64,000 bases of DNA. Source: an uncultured Candidatus Saccharibacteria bacterium. Its GTDB lineage: Bacteria; Patescibacteriota; Minisyncoccia; Phycocordibacterales; UBA2100. Below are positions 8,924 through 17,314 of the stretch, piece by piece. Within the stretch, counting starts at the first letter, position 1; every line of letters begins with the position of its first letter. The notes beneath the pieces are model-generated. The model was not told the DNA's origin. It worked only from the letters and a program-made list of their open reading frames with translations, and did not search any database. Location: positions 546,285-610,284 of the forward strand of contig CAYNRJ010000001.1 of assembly GCA_964399865.1 (NCBI GenBank). The letters are read 5' to 3'. The translations under genes and the position numbers were made by a program.

Positions 8924-10381
8924 ATGCATTATGTGCTCATTTCTATTTTTGCCGCCCTCGTTTTGCTTCCATGGAGCGTGTCGGCTTCGCCGTACACATG
9001 TGTGACTACATCCGCTACTGGTGCCACAGCGAGTCGTCCGATTGATTCGACTCAGTGGAATCCCGCAACATGCGATAACCTTGGTCCAAATGGCGAACTC
9101 AGTAATCTATTGAGTGACCTCCTTGCAGATGTGCCAAACATGGGGAACGCTGCAAATCAGATGTGCGCGCCCGTTTATCCGCAATGTGGATGTGGAATGG
9201 TTCCCGGTCTTTTTGGTGTGTGTAGGCCGGGCCCGAACAAGAATCAATGTCCCTGTGCAGCTGCTGCTCCGGGCGGTGGAGTCACCGAGGGGATTTGTGT
9301 TGCGAATGAGGTGTGTCTCGGCGGCACGTATACGGACTTCACCGGCGCGACTACAAAAGTCGGGGATTTGGGCGGCATTGTCGGAGATATTTTTAAAGGT
9401 CTCCTCGGGCGAGTGATGCAAAACATTGGTCAAGATTCTGGGGCGGATGGGTGTACGCAATATTACACTGTCACCTCTACTTCTAGTGATCCATGTGCGA
9501 TTTATGACCCATCTCTTTCCGGTTCGATTCTAGGTGGGCTAACGCCTCAAGGGTCTAGTACTGCGCAACAACTTCTCGATGCGCTACTTGGAGGCTCTCA
9601 ATCATCGAATGCGGGCGGAAGCAATTCTGGTCAGACTCAGAGTATTGGAAGTCAGTTACTAAATCTCATAAACAATCTTCCAGCTGGATCTGATAATCAG
9701 ACGGGAGCTCAAAATCCACTCCTGTATCCTCTGGGTGGCAGTCAGGGATCCCTCGCGGATCAGACAGTTGCACTAAATCCGGACGGAACTCGTGGCGACA
9801 TTCAAATATTAAATGATGGCGCGACTATCTTTGCGGGATCTCGTGATCTAACAAAAGGGGAGGAGATTGCAGGGTTTTATGGAGGCAGCAGTGGTGGATT
9901 TGGGCAGCCGCAAGGGATCGCTGCTCGAATGTGCCAAACGAGGCCTTGGGCGGAGTCCTTTATTTCATACGTGATACCACCGTCTTTCTTCGATGGGCTA
10001 TGTACGTGGCGTGGATACGCGGTGGGATTCCCAGAATTTCCTGCATCTACTGGAGGAGCTTCAGGCCAACCATCAACATCATTTAGTTCTCCGACTACGG
10101 GAATTGTCTCTACCTCGAGCGTGCCACTCATACAACCAAAAGTGGAGATTTGGTCAGTGCCAAGTAAAGTTACGATTGGAGCGAGAATCTCAATTTTCTG
10201 GAATACTGTTGGAGTCTCATCGTGCGCTGTTACGAGTTCTGACGGGAGTTTTTCGGAGTCGTCCTTATCAGGAGGAGCGGCGACGGTACCTATTGTTGGA
10301 CCTACAACCTTTACAATCCGTTGCATCACTCCAAACGGTGTATATGTTGAAGATGAGGTGACCGTAGGACTGGGAGTTTAA
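8924..10381 (+). CDS. Secreted Cys-rich protein with a Gly/Ser-rich low-complexity region and a C-terminal Cys-pair beta domain
   Basis: Signal peptide MHYVLISIFAALVLLPWSVSA; more than 12 Cys in the N-terminal 150 aa. The C-terminal about 85 aa (SVPSKVTIGARISIFWNTVGVSSCAVTSSDG...TTFTIRCITPNG) is paralogous to the C-terminus of the 14943..16694 protein. Confidence 0.6.
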   Translation: MHYVLISIFAALVLLPWSVSASPYTCVTTSATGATASRPIDSTQWNPATCDNLGPNGELSNLLSDLLADVPNMGNAANQMCAPVYPQCGCGMVPGLFGVCRPGPNKNQCPCAAAAPGGGVTEGICVANEVCLGGTYTDFTGATTKVGDLGGIVGDIFKGLLGRVMQNIGQDSGADGCTQYYTVTSTSSDPCAIYDPSLSGSILGGLTPQGSSTAQQLLDALLGGSQSSNAGGSNSGQTQSIGSQLLNLINNLPAGSDNQTGAQNPLLYPLGGSQGSLADQTVALNPDGTRGDIQILNDGATIFAGSRDLTKGEEIAGFYGGSSGGFGQPQGIAARMCQTRPWAESFISYVIPPSFFDGLCTWRGYAVGFPEFPASTGGASGQPSTSFSSPTTGIVSTSSVPLIQPKVEIWSVPSKVTIGARISIFWNTVGVSSCAVTSSDGSFSESSLSGGAATVPIVGPTTFTIRCITPNGVYVEDEVTVGLGV

Positions 10382-10510
10382 GATTTAATAATAAGTCCCC
10401 CACGGAGTCCTGGGAAATGCCACAGGGGCACTTCATTTTTCTAGGGCGGAGTACCGCCAAGAAAAATTGGTCGCCCACAGTTTTCAGACCCTACTTATTA
10501 CGTACTCTTG

Positions 10511-10581
10511 TCCCCCCGGGAGGAATCGGACCTCCGTCAACGGATTAAAAGTCCGCTGCTCTACCATTGAGCTACGAGGGG
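10511..10581 (-). tRNA. tRNA-Lys (anticodon UUU)
   Basis: Reverse complement folds as a cloverleaf: D arm GCTC-AATGGTA-GAGC, anticodon loop CTTTTAA, acceptor CCCCTCG/CGGGGGG, discriminator A, no encoded CCA. The T-loop TCCGATT has C at position 55, which is unusual. Confidence 0.7.
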
Positions 10582-10618
10582 CTCACCACTGCCTAAAAAA
10601 CGCTGGCGTAGCAGCAAA

Positions 10619-10645
10619 ACTATAGCATAGAGGCCGCTTGAGCAA
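10619..10645 (-). promoter_or_regulatory. Possible promoter for tRNA-Lys (TTGCTC-15-TATAGT on the minus strand)
   Basis: Read on the minus strand about 30 nt upstream of the tRNA 5' end; the spacer is only 15 nt. Confidence 0.3.
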
Positions 10646-10663
10646 ATCTAATTACGCCTAGGT

Positions 10664-11038
10664 TTAAAGGGGAAGATCAAACGCTAAAGGGCCGGCGCCA
10701 GAGAGAACGAGGGTCAGTGCGAGGACTAACGAAAGAAGGATGGTGCCAAGTGCTACAGTGCGAAATCTTGGAGCGAATAACCATATGGAAATTAGTCCGA
10801 TCGCGATGAGGGCCGCTGCCTGAGTCCAGGCGCCTGCTATAACGAATGCCGCGATAATTCCTTCGACAACACCGAGAAGCCGGATTATGTTAGCGGGATT
10901 ACCAATATGCTGGAGCGTTGCATAGATGAATACAGAGCCAAGTGCGATGCGAATGATGAATACAGAAAATGGGGCGAGAAAGAGAAGCTCAGGAAAGACA
11001 GATAGCATCGGAATAGTATACAGTGGGGAAGCTGCCAT
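10664..11038 (-). CDS. DoxX-like small integral membrane protein
   Basis: 124 aa, four predicted TM helices, size and topology like the DoxX family. Confidence 0.45.
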   Translation of the reverse strand: MAASPLYTIPMLSVFPELLFLAPFSVFIIRIALGSVFIYATLQHIGNPANIIRLLGVVEGIIAAFVIAGAWTQAAALIAIGLISIWLFAPRFRTVALGTILLSLVLALTLVLSGAGPLAFDLPL

Positions 11039-11504
11039 GAAAAACAGAGTATCTGTATTGCTTCATAATATTCGAAGCACCCATAACGTCGGTTCCATCT
11101 TCCGTACAAGCGATGCGGCGGGTGTCTCACACATCTATTTGTCCGGATACACACCTACTCCAATTGATCGGTTCGGTCGTGTCAGGAAAGATATCGCAAA
11201 AACCGCACTCGGGGCAGAAGTATCAGTACCGTGGTCACGCGTTTCAGATGTTTCTGTTTGTATTTCCGATTTGAAACAGGCTGGATGGAATATTGTAGGA
11301 GTTGAGCAAGATGCAAAATCTCTCGATTACCGCACCTATAGAGTAAAACAACCTACACTCTTTATTCTTGGGAACGAAGTAAAAGGACTGTCCCTCAGTC
11401 TGCGAAAAAAGTGCGATGCGTTAATTGAAATACCGATGCGGGGGAAAAAAGAATCACTGAACGTTTCCGTTGCTGCGGGAATTATTCTCTTCTCTAGTAC
11501 GTGA
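11037..11504 (+). CDS. SpoU/TrmH-family RNA 2'-O-methyltransferase
   Basis: LLHNIRSTHNVGSIFRTSDAAG..., LFILGNEVKGLS..., IEIPMRGKKESLNVSVAAGIILF are the SPOUT motifs. ATG at 11037 chosen; it overlaps the divergent start of the preceding gene in a CATG. Confidence 0.8.
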   Translation: MKNRVSVLLHNIRSTHNVGSIFRTSDAAGVSHIYLSGYTPTPIDRFGRVRKDIAKTALGAEVSVPWSRVSDVSVCISDLKQAGWNIVGVEQDAKSLDYRTYRVKQPTLFILGNEVKGLSLSLRKKCDALIEIPMRGKKESLNVSVAAGIILFSST

Positions 11505-12489
11505 TCGCGGCGACAGTTCTTCCTTCGGCGTCGAGAAGCCTGATGACGTCGTGTGTGTTGCGCCAGAGTTCACCCGAGGCATTTAAATAAATTCTCCACG
11601 ATGTATTTGCAAAGTCCGATCGATAGCGCGTCCTTTCAACGCAGCCGTTGTAAGAAAGTGTGTTAGCGAGATAGGTTTGGCACATAGGGGAGAGTGCAGG
11701 TGTAAACATTTCAATGGGAGATTCGCATGAGGGAATTCTCTTTACGAAATCTACGCACGCATCCCCGTATGTTTGGAGATTAGCCGCGGTGAGGGGCATA
11801 ACTTCTGCCGCGACAGGGCAGCGCTCTTTTAGCTCTGGGACGAAGGTTTGCATTTGATTCAGATACCCAGTGCATATGTTTTCTCGGAAAGATGTTCCTA
11901 TTGGTGATTGTCCGGAGACCGCGATCGCAGAGGCGCCCGGTGCGAGTTGAATTCCGCTCTGCACATTTACTGCGCCCATGAGGAAATTTTCCGCGCCGCG
12001 TGGAATATACACACGGACTCCGGTGAGTGCGCTTTGGAGAGACCACCCTGTTATATTGATCGGAGATGTGTTGTCAGACGCTGCGGTGATCCGGATGTAT
12101 TCTTCCTGGACTTTCGCTCTAGCAGCTGCGCTTTTCTCTATGCGCACCTCGTATCGATACGGTGAAGGTGTTCCAAATTCCTTTGCCTTTTGAATTGCCG
12201 CGTCTAAATCCTCGTACTCTTCCTGGAGCGCCTCAAGTTCTGCCTCGGGATCGCGCTCTTCGATCGTCCCGCTCCCGCCGCCTGCCCCTTCGTTTACGGA
12301 CTTAACAACCGGGGCTGTAGGTTGCCACGGGAGTCCTAATGTCTTCGCGCCGGAGAAACCATCTTTAAAAGGATTTGTGAAAAGTTTCGCTTGGTTCCAT
12401 GCTTTGCCAATGCCGCCGCTGAATAACCATAGGAGAATGAATGCGGCCACGATCCCAATCGCTAGCCATTTAAGAATGCTCTTAATCAT
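11494..12489 (-). CDS. Membrane-anchored protein with a lamin-tail-like (LTD) domain and a Cys-rich C-terminus
   Basis: N-terminal TM helix and a Glu-rich coiled coil; the segment EEYIRITAASDNTSPINITGWSLQSALTGVRVYIPRG resembles the LTD core; C-terminal region has 8 Cys. Confidence 0.5.
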   Translation of the reverse strand: MIKSILKWLAIGIVAAFILLWLFSGGIGKAWNQAKLFTNPFKDGFSGAKTLGLPWQPTAPVVKSVNEGAGGGSGTIEERDPEAELEALQEEYEDLDAAIQKAKEFGTPSPYRYEVRIEKSAAARAKVQEEYIRITAASDNTSPINITGWSLQSALTGVRVYIPRGAENFLMGAVNVQSGIQLAPGASAIAVSGQSPIGTSFRENICTGYLNQMQTFVPELKERCPVAAEVMPLTAANLQTYGDACVDFVKRIPSCESPIEMFTPALSPMCQTYLANTLSYNGCVERTRYRSDFANTSWRIYLNASGELWRNTHDVIRLLDAEGRTVAAITY

Positions 12490-12496
12490 ACGACTA

Positions 12497-13804
12497 TTAT
12501 ACTCTCGAGTTTGAAAGGAGGGCTTTCAATTCCTCGCGTGCAACACCCACATCGCTCCAAATTGTTTTCGCTCCGCGAGCTCCTGTAATATCTGGATCTG
12601 TTCCTTTTCCGGTTATCAGGACCGCATCGTTTTCTTTTGCGATCGCGAGCGCACGTCTAATTGCGAGGCGTCGATCCATAATTATTTCCGGGGTTCTCGA
12701 CATACCATGCGATAAGTCTTGAACGATTTGCATCGGGTCTTCGTCGCAAGGATCTTCGTTCGTAAGTATCACGACATCGCATCTTTCATCCGCGATGCGC
12801 CCCATGACCGGCCGCTTCCATGTATCGCGTCCGCCGCCCATTGAGCCGAGGACACACACAAGGCGACGCTTCGCTCCTGAAGAATGAGAGTACGCATCAT
12901 AAATTGCCTTTAATGAGTCGGGCGTATGCGCGTAATCAACAACAACAGTAAAATTCTGTCCCTCGTTCACTTCTTCGCCGCGACCGGGGATCATTTTTAT
13001 CCGATCTAGTCCTTTTCGTATCGCGTCTTTTGGAATTCCAAGTGTGTTTAAAAGTGTAGCTGCCGCGAGCGCATTCTTGAGTGAGAATTCTCCGGGAAGG
13101 TGAACCCGCATTCGTTCTCCTTTAAGTGTGAAATATCCGCCGTGATCGCTTGCTTCAAACGGTGCTGAGGATAGCGAAAAAGGAATAAGATTTTCTACGG
13201 GTAGCATCAAATATCTTCCGCTCTCCTTATCGTCCGCGTTTGCGACCATCGTACGTGGGCGTTTAGGGGAGCGAGCGAGTTCTTGTCCAATTTTAAATTT
13301 GGCATCGCTATACGCCTGCAGTGAACCATGAGATTCGATATGTTCAGGTGCGAGATTTGTGAATATAAGCGCATCGAGGTATGTAAATCGATGACGGTTT
13401 TGCCGCGCTCCCTCCGACGTCATTTCAAGCACAGCAGCATTGCAGCCATTTCGAAGTGCGTTACCAAGTGTGCGCTGCGTAAAAAATCTTCCGGGCATCG
13501 ACATTCTCGTACGATTTCGAGTCGAAGTGCCGCCCATTTTAAAACGAATAGAATTTATAAGGACTGTTTTATAGCCCGCTTCTTCAAGTATTGCGTTCAC
13601 GATCTCTGTCGTACTCGTTTTTCCTTTCGTGCCGGTGACTGCGATGACGAGCATCTTTTTACCGGGGAATCCGTATAAAACCGCGCCGAGCCACGCGAGA
13701 GAGAAGTGATACGCGGGCAATATTTTCTCAAGTACGGGTTTCGGTATGAGAGATGCAATTATCTTTTTTATGCGCTGCATGGTTCTTTTATTGTTTTCCT
13801 CCAA
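12497..13804 (-). CDS. Mur ligase family protein (MurE/MurF-like UDP-N-acetylmuramoyl-peptide ligase)
   Basis: 435 aa; P-loop VIAVTGTKGKTSTT, ...LEMTSEG..., IFTNLAPEHIESHGSLQAYSDAKFKI fit the Mur ligase central domain; the C-terminal domain is present. Confidence 0.75.
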   Translation of the reverse strand: MEENNKRTMQRIKKIIASLIPKPVLEKILPAYHFSLAWLGAVLYGFPGKKMLVIAVTGTKGKTSTTEIVNAILEEAGYKTVLINSIRFKMGGTSTRNRTRMSMPGRFFTQRTLGNALRNGCNAAVLEMTSEGARQNRHRFTYLDALIFTNLAPEHIESHGSLQAYSDAKFKIGQELARSPKRPRTMVANADDKESGRYLMLPVENLIPFSLSSAPFEASDHGGYFTLKGERMRVHLPGEFSLKNALAAATLLNTLGIPKDAIRKGLDRIKMIPGRGEEVNEGQNFTVVVDYAHTPDSLKAIYDAYSHSSGAKRRLVCVLGSMGGGRDTWKRPVMGRIADERCDVVILTNEDPCDEDPMQIVQDLSHGMSRTPEIIMDRRLAIRRALAIAKENDAVLITGKGTDPDITGARGAKTIWSDVGVAREELKALLSNSRV

Positions 13805-14363
13805 TCAATTTCAGTGCCTCTCGAAGTCTTGCGCTCCCACCTGTGACCTCGTGCGGTACTTTGCGGAGGATGTCCCGAGCTTCTTGCGCAGAGTAGCCGA
13901 GTGCGCGCATTGCCTGTTGAGCTTCTTCGTCCCCTGAGAGGGCACGCGACGCATCTTCTGCGGCGAGGCCGACCTTGTCTCGAAGTTCGAGAACGATTTT
14001 CTCAGCGGTTTTCTTTCCGATGCCCGATACGTTCGTGAGATACCCAGCGTTCCCCGCAGAAATCGCCGAACGAAGCGTTTCTATTGCAGCAAGATCTAGA
14101 ATTGCGAGAGCGGACCGAGGCCCAATACCTGGCACCGTGAGTAGTAGTCCGAAAAAAAGTAATTCTTCCTCCAGTTCGAATCCGTACAGATCGAGCACGT
14201 CTTCTCGGACCGCGAGATGGGTCCAAAGCGCGCCGTTCTCACCAGGCTTAAGTTTCAAAAGAGTTGCGCGCGTTACCGCGATCTTATATCCCACCCCGGA
14301 TGCAGAAAGAATAACGAATCCAGCACGGACCGCGTGCACTCTACCTTCTATATACCCAATCAT
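13788..14363 (-). CDS. ruvA: Holliday junction DNA helicase RuvA
   Basis: 191 aa; MIGYIEGRV...GVGYKI... OB fold, double helix-hairpin-helix (LTVPGIGPRSALAIL) and C-terminal domain III. Overlaps the start of the Mur ligase gene by 17 nt. Confidence 0.9.
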   Translation of the reverse strand: MIGYIEGRVHAVRAGFVILSASGVGYKIAVTRATLLKLKPGENGALWTHLAVREDVLDLYGFELEEELLFFGLLLTVPGIGPRSALAILDLAAIETLRSAISAGNAGYLTNVSGIGKKTAEKIVLELRDKVGLAAEDASRALSGDEEAQQAMRALGYSAQEARDILRKVPHEVTGGSARLREALKLIGGKQ

Positions 14364-14426
14364 CCGTATAGCTTACCGTGGAAAGTGAGATGTTGCCTGT
14401 GGGGGAGGGATAAAGGCGAATTAAGC

Positions 14427-14455
14427 TTGCATTTGAGCGGTCTGTCGAGTAGTAT
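14427..14455 (+). promoter_or_regulatory. Sigma70 promoter TTGCAT-17-TAGTAT for rpsT, giving a near-leaderless transcript
   Basis: -10 ends at about 14455 and the rpsT ATG is at 14463; there is no room for a Shine-Dalgarno sequence. Confidence 0.6.
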
Positions 14456-14462
14456 CCCGGGA

Positions 14463-14729
14463 ATGGCAAACACAAGTTCCGCAAAAAAGGCACAGCGCGT
14501 GGCAGACCGTCGCCATGTGTTTAATGCACGCCGCAAGAAGGCTCTCAAAGAATCTGTAAAAGATATTTCTCGTCTCATAACTGCAAAAGATGCAAAAAAG
14601 GCAGAAGCAATGCTCCCAGCTTTTTTCAAAGCTGTAGATAAAGCGCAGAAGGGTAAAGTGATCGAGAAAAACACAGCGGGACGAATGAAGTCACGTATCG
14701 TGAAGAATATTCGCGCGATCGCGAAATAG
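14463..14729 (+). CDS. rpsT: 30S ribosomal protein S20
   Basis: Internal start MANTSSAKKAQRVADRRHVFNARRKKALKES... matches the S20 consensus MANxKSAxKRxRQxxKRRxxNxxxxS. Confidence 0.88.
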   Translation: MANTSSAKKAQRVADRRHVFNARRKKALKESVKDISRLITAKDAKKAEAMLPAFFKAVDKAQKGKVIEKNTAGRMKSRIVKNIRAIAK

Positions 14730-14753
14730 ATAACCTCTTCTGAGGTTGGAAAG

Positions 14754-14778
14754 GCGGCGAAGGCCGCTTTTTCCTTTT
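14754..14778 (+). terminator. Rho-independent terminator of rpsT
   Basis: GCGGC-GAAG-GCCGC hairpin followed by TTTTTCCTTTT. Confidence 0.7.
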
Positions 14779-14779
14779 G

Positions 14780-14851
14780 TGCTCCCGGTAGGAATCGAAC
14801 CTACATTGCATCCTCCGCAAGGATGCGTCCTATCCATTGAACGACGGGAGC
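14780..14851 (-). tRNA. tRNA-Arg (anticodon GCG as read; isotype by anticodon only)
   Basis: Reverse complement GCTCCCG-TC-GTTC-AATGGATA-GGAC-G-CATCC-TTGCGGA-GGATG-CAAT-GTAGG-TTCGATT-CCTAC-CGGGAGC-A; canonical T-loop, no encoded CCA. Confidence 0.7.
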
Positions 14852-14942
14852 GTGCAGGAAATGTACCACATTCTTTGTTTTTTCCACATTTCGCGCACCG
14901 AAATGCGTTGCGCTATAAGCACTATGGCCGCAAAATTGGCAC

Positions 14943-16694
14943 ATGCGTGATTTTCAGAAGGAAGACCCTGAGCTTACATCGCTGTTTCGTTGGGCTGTTA
15001 TAGCAGGGATCCTTTTGTGGATTGCGATGTCAGTCGCATCTTCCGCACCGCCTCCGCCAAATGAATCTCAAGCTGCAGCCGCGGCGGCGGGCACGGTTAC
15101 AGAAGATCCTTCGGAGGGCGCAGCTATTACTGACAATAATTTCGATCCAGTATTCATTCAATGTAGAATTCCAGTCGAGCGAATCCAGCTTAATTATGCC
15201 TGCAATCAAGAGGGCACAATTGCTGAGGTGAGTAGTTTGGAGCAGCCGTGCCGACCAGGCTTTAACTACGTGATAAAAGAAAATAGAGGCACGATAAGCG
15301 TAACAACCTCTGCGATCCCAGATCCTCGTGAGCGAACTATGACAGGGTGTCCAGCTAAGCCACCAACACCTATATGCTCGTCCGGTGCTAGGGCGATCGA
15401 AAGCACCAGCCTTGCCGCTTGTCAGGTTACATATTGTGCAGTGGTAGAGGATGAAGAGCTCTGCCGTGAAGCAGAGACCAGTGGTGACGGAGCGCTTGAT
15501 GTTGAACAAATCAGAAATAAGGAATTAGGCGAGCTCGCACTAGCATCAGGTGATCCGGCAGCTTTCATGGAATCAATGAATCTTTCCCCGACCGATACCA
15601 GAGCCATTTATTTGGCATTTGAAGATCAAGTCAAAACACAGGTGAACGTGGTCACGAACGCAAGAAGGGATTATGAAGCGGCACTTGATGAGCTTGCTGC
15701 TAATCCAGATATGTCGGAGGATACCGTAGATACGGCACTCGCGAGACTACAAGCGGAAGAGGCACGCCTCGCAGCTCTTCGTACTCAACAACAGCGATTA
15801 GCTGCTGCGCAAGCTCGGTTGGAGCCTCCCGCGGGTGGGGCGCCAGTTGTTGTTCCACCGACTACTCCTGCTCCAGTGTATACGCCGGGAACTCCACAAA
15901 CTTTCCCTGGTCCTACAGGAGGTACACAATTTCCACCGCGAGGTGAGGAGCAAGGTGGATTTACGGAGTTCATGCAGGGATTCTTTAACTCTCTCTTTGG
16001 TGGAGGAGGTCCAGGAGTTCCTCCTGCGGGGAACCAGGACCCTCAGGCGCCTGGGACATGCACACCAAAACTCTTGTGCGACGGAAACCTTCTGTATCAA
16101 AGAAATACTCAATGCGTAGATGCCGTCGTTGAGCAGTGTCAGTACGGATGTAACCAGGGAGGTACAGCATGTGTAGATGCGCCTCCGGCTCCAACTGCAC
16201 AAATATCTTGTCAGCCGCTTCTCGCGGATGCAGGAATGAGTGTCGTTATCACCCACGCATGTTCTGGAGGTACAAGTGTCGGTAGCGGATTCTCGACAGG
16301 TGGAAAACTTTCAGGTGCAACGTCAACTGTTCTTGCGACACCTCAACCAGGCCAAAACAATGTCACATTCGGTCTTACATGCACAAATCAAGGCGTGAGC
16401 GCGAATGCGTCGTGTAATGTGCAGGTGGCAAAACCGGGAATTGTTCTCGTCGCAAATCCTCAAACCGTAGCCGCCAATGAGGTTTCCGTCATTGGGTGGG
16501 TAACAGCAGGTATGCAAAAATGCACGATCTCAAGTCCTGACCAGGCGGATTTCACGGAGCGTAATGCAAGCCGTACAAGCGTGAGCGGTGTTGCTTCAAC
16601 TTCACCAATAACCGTTGAGACGGACATCCTCCTAAAGTGCACAACAATAGGTGGCAATACACGAGAAGCTACGACTACGATCTCGATTCAGTAG
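14943..16694 (+). CDS. Secreted protein: signal/anchor, coiled coil, Pro-rich linker, Cys-rich module and two tandem C-terminal Cys-pair beta domains
   Basis: 583 aa; hydrophobic N-terminus, LARLQAEEARLAALRTQQQRLAAAQARL coiled coil, PPTTPAPVYTPGTPQTFPGP linker, CTPKLLCDGN...CQYGCNQGGTAC. The last approximately 170 aa hold two repeats of a W..C...C domain paralogous to the 8924..10381 C-terminus. Confidence 0.6.
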   Translation: MRDFQKEDPELTSLFRWAVIAGILLWIAMSVASSAPPPPNESQAAAAAAGTVTEDPSEGAAITDNNFDPVFIQCRIPVERIQLNYACNQEGTIAEVSSLEQPCRPGFNYVIKENRGTISVTTSAIPDPRERTMTGCPAKPPTPICSSGARAIESTSLAACQVTYCAVVEDEELCREAETSGDGALDVEQIRNKELGELALASGDPAAFMESMNLSPTDTRAIYLAFEDQVKTQVNVVTNARRDYEAALDELAANPDMSEDTVDTALARLQAEEARLAALRTQQQRLAAAQARLEPPAGGAPVVVPPTTPAPVYTPGTPQTFPGPTGGTQFPPRGEEQGGFTEFMQGFFNSLFGGGGPGVPPAGNQDPQAPGTCTPKLLCDGNLLYQRNTQCVDAVVEQCQYGCNQGGTACVDAPPAPTAQISCQPLLADAGMSVVITHACSGGTSVGSGFSTGGKLSGATSTVLATPQPGQNNVTFGLTCTNQGVSANASCNVQVAKPGIVLVANPQTVAANEVSVIGWVTAGMQKCTISSPDQADFTERNASRTSVSGVASTSPITVETDILLKCTTIGGNTREATTTISIQ

Positions 16695-16697
16695 TTT

Positions 16698-17168
16698 CTA
16701 AAAACCGAAGAATTCTAGGATCTTGTGAGCCGAAGATTCTTTCATTGGAATTTCCTCTGCACGCTCTGCGAGGAATTCGCGTACTTCCTTTGGGTCAACA
16801 TCTACAAGAGGGATGCTGAGATTAGGTGACATCCACTTTACGGTGTCGATAAGAAGGACGGGAGGATCCACATCGTGATCTTCCACCCAGAACGCGATGA
16901 TTTCTTCAAAGCGGTGCATGGTGTGTCCCACGCGCACTCCGCGATCTGATACTTCAAATTCGATCAGGGTCGGCGGTGTTTTAGCAAGAAGCGCTAAGGT
17001 ACCAGCGCCGACCAGAATGAGGAGGCCAAACAATACATTTCCAAATATAGTGCTGATGATCGCGATACAGATTGCGATGACGCCTAGCGCAATGAACCAG
17101 CTCTTCTCACGCTCTATATGATCGTGTTCGTAAGCGTGCCAACGTAGGGGACTGGAGTCTAATGACAT
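16698..17168 (-). CDS. Hypothetical membrane protein (two N-terminal TM helices plus a soluble domain, possibly bacterial PH-like)
   Basis: 156 aa; hydrophobic helices at residues about 25-70, the remainder charged and globular. Confidence 0.45.
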   Translation of the reverse strand: MSLDSSPLRWHAYEHDHIEREKSWFIALGVIAICIAIISTIFGNVLFGLLILVGAGTLALLAKTPPTLIEFEVSDRGVRVGHTMHRFEEIIAFWVEDHDVDPPVLLIDTVKWMSPNLSIPLVDVDPKEVREFLAERAEEIPMKESSAHKILEFFGF

Positions 17169-17203
17169 AAGTTAAGTATAGTTTACTGGCGACGTAGAGC
17201 GAG

Positions 17204-17274
17204 GGCAATGTGAAAGTGTGATTTCACATTGCCGAGCCGAGGAGTCAGAAAGGGTTTGCAACCGGCAAACCCTT
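17204..17274 (-). other. Two strong stem-loops immediately downstream of the pilin gene
   Basis: GGCAATGTGAAA-gtgtga-TTTCACATTGCC (12-bp stem) and AGGGTTTGC-aaccg-GCAAACCCT (9-bp stem). Weak T-tracts, so these may be mRNA-stabilising or terminator structures. Confidence 0.4.
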
Positions 17275-17314
17275 ACTACGTATTTAAGCTCTATTTTACA
17301 GTCCTCGTGAGAAA

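Noticed and set aside
14746-15003. 85-aa plus ORF, and the 22797..23045 82-aa plus ORF.
   Set aside because: Both run straight through tRNA genes (tRNA-Arg GCG antisense; tRNA-Val sense), have TTG starts and are compositionally implausible.
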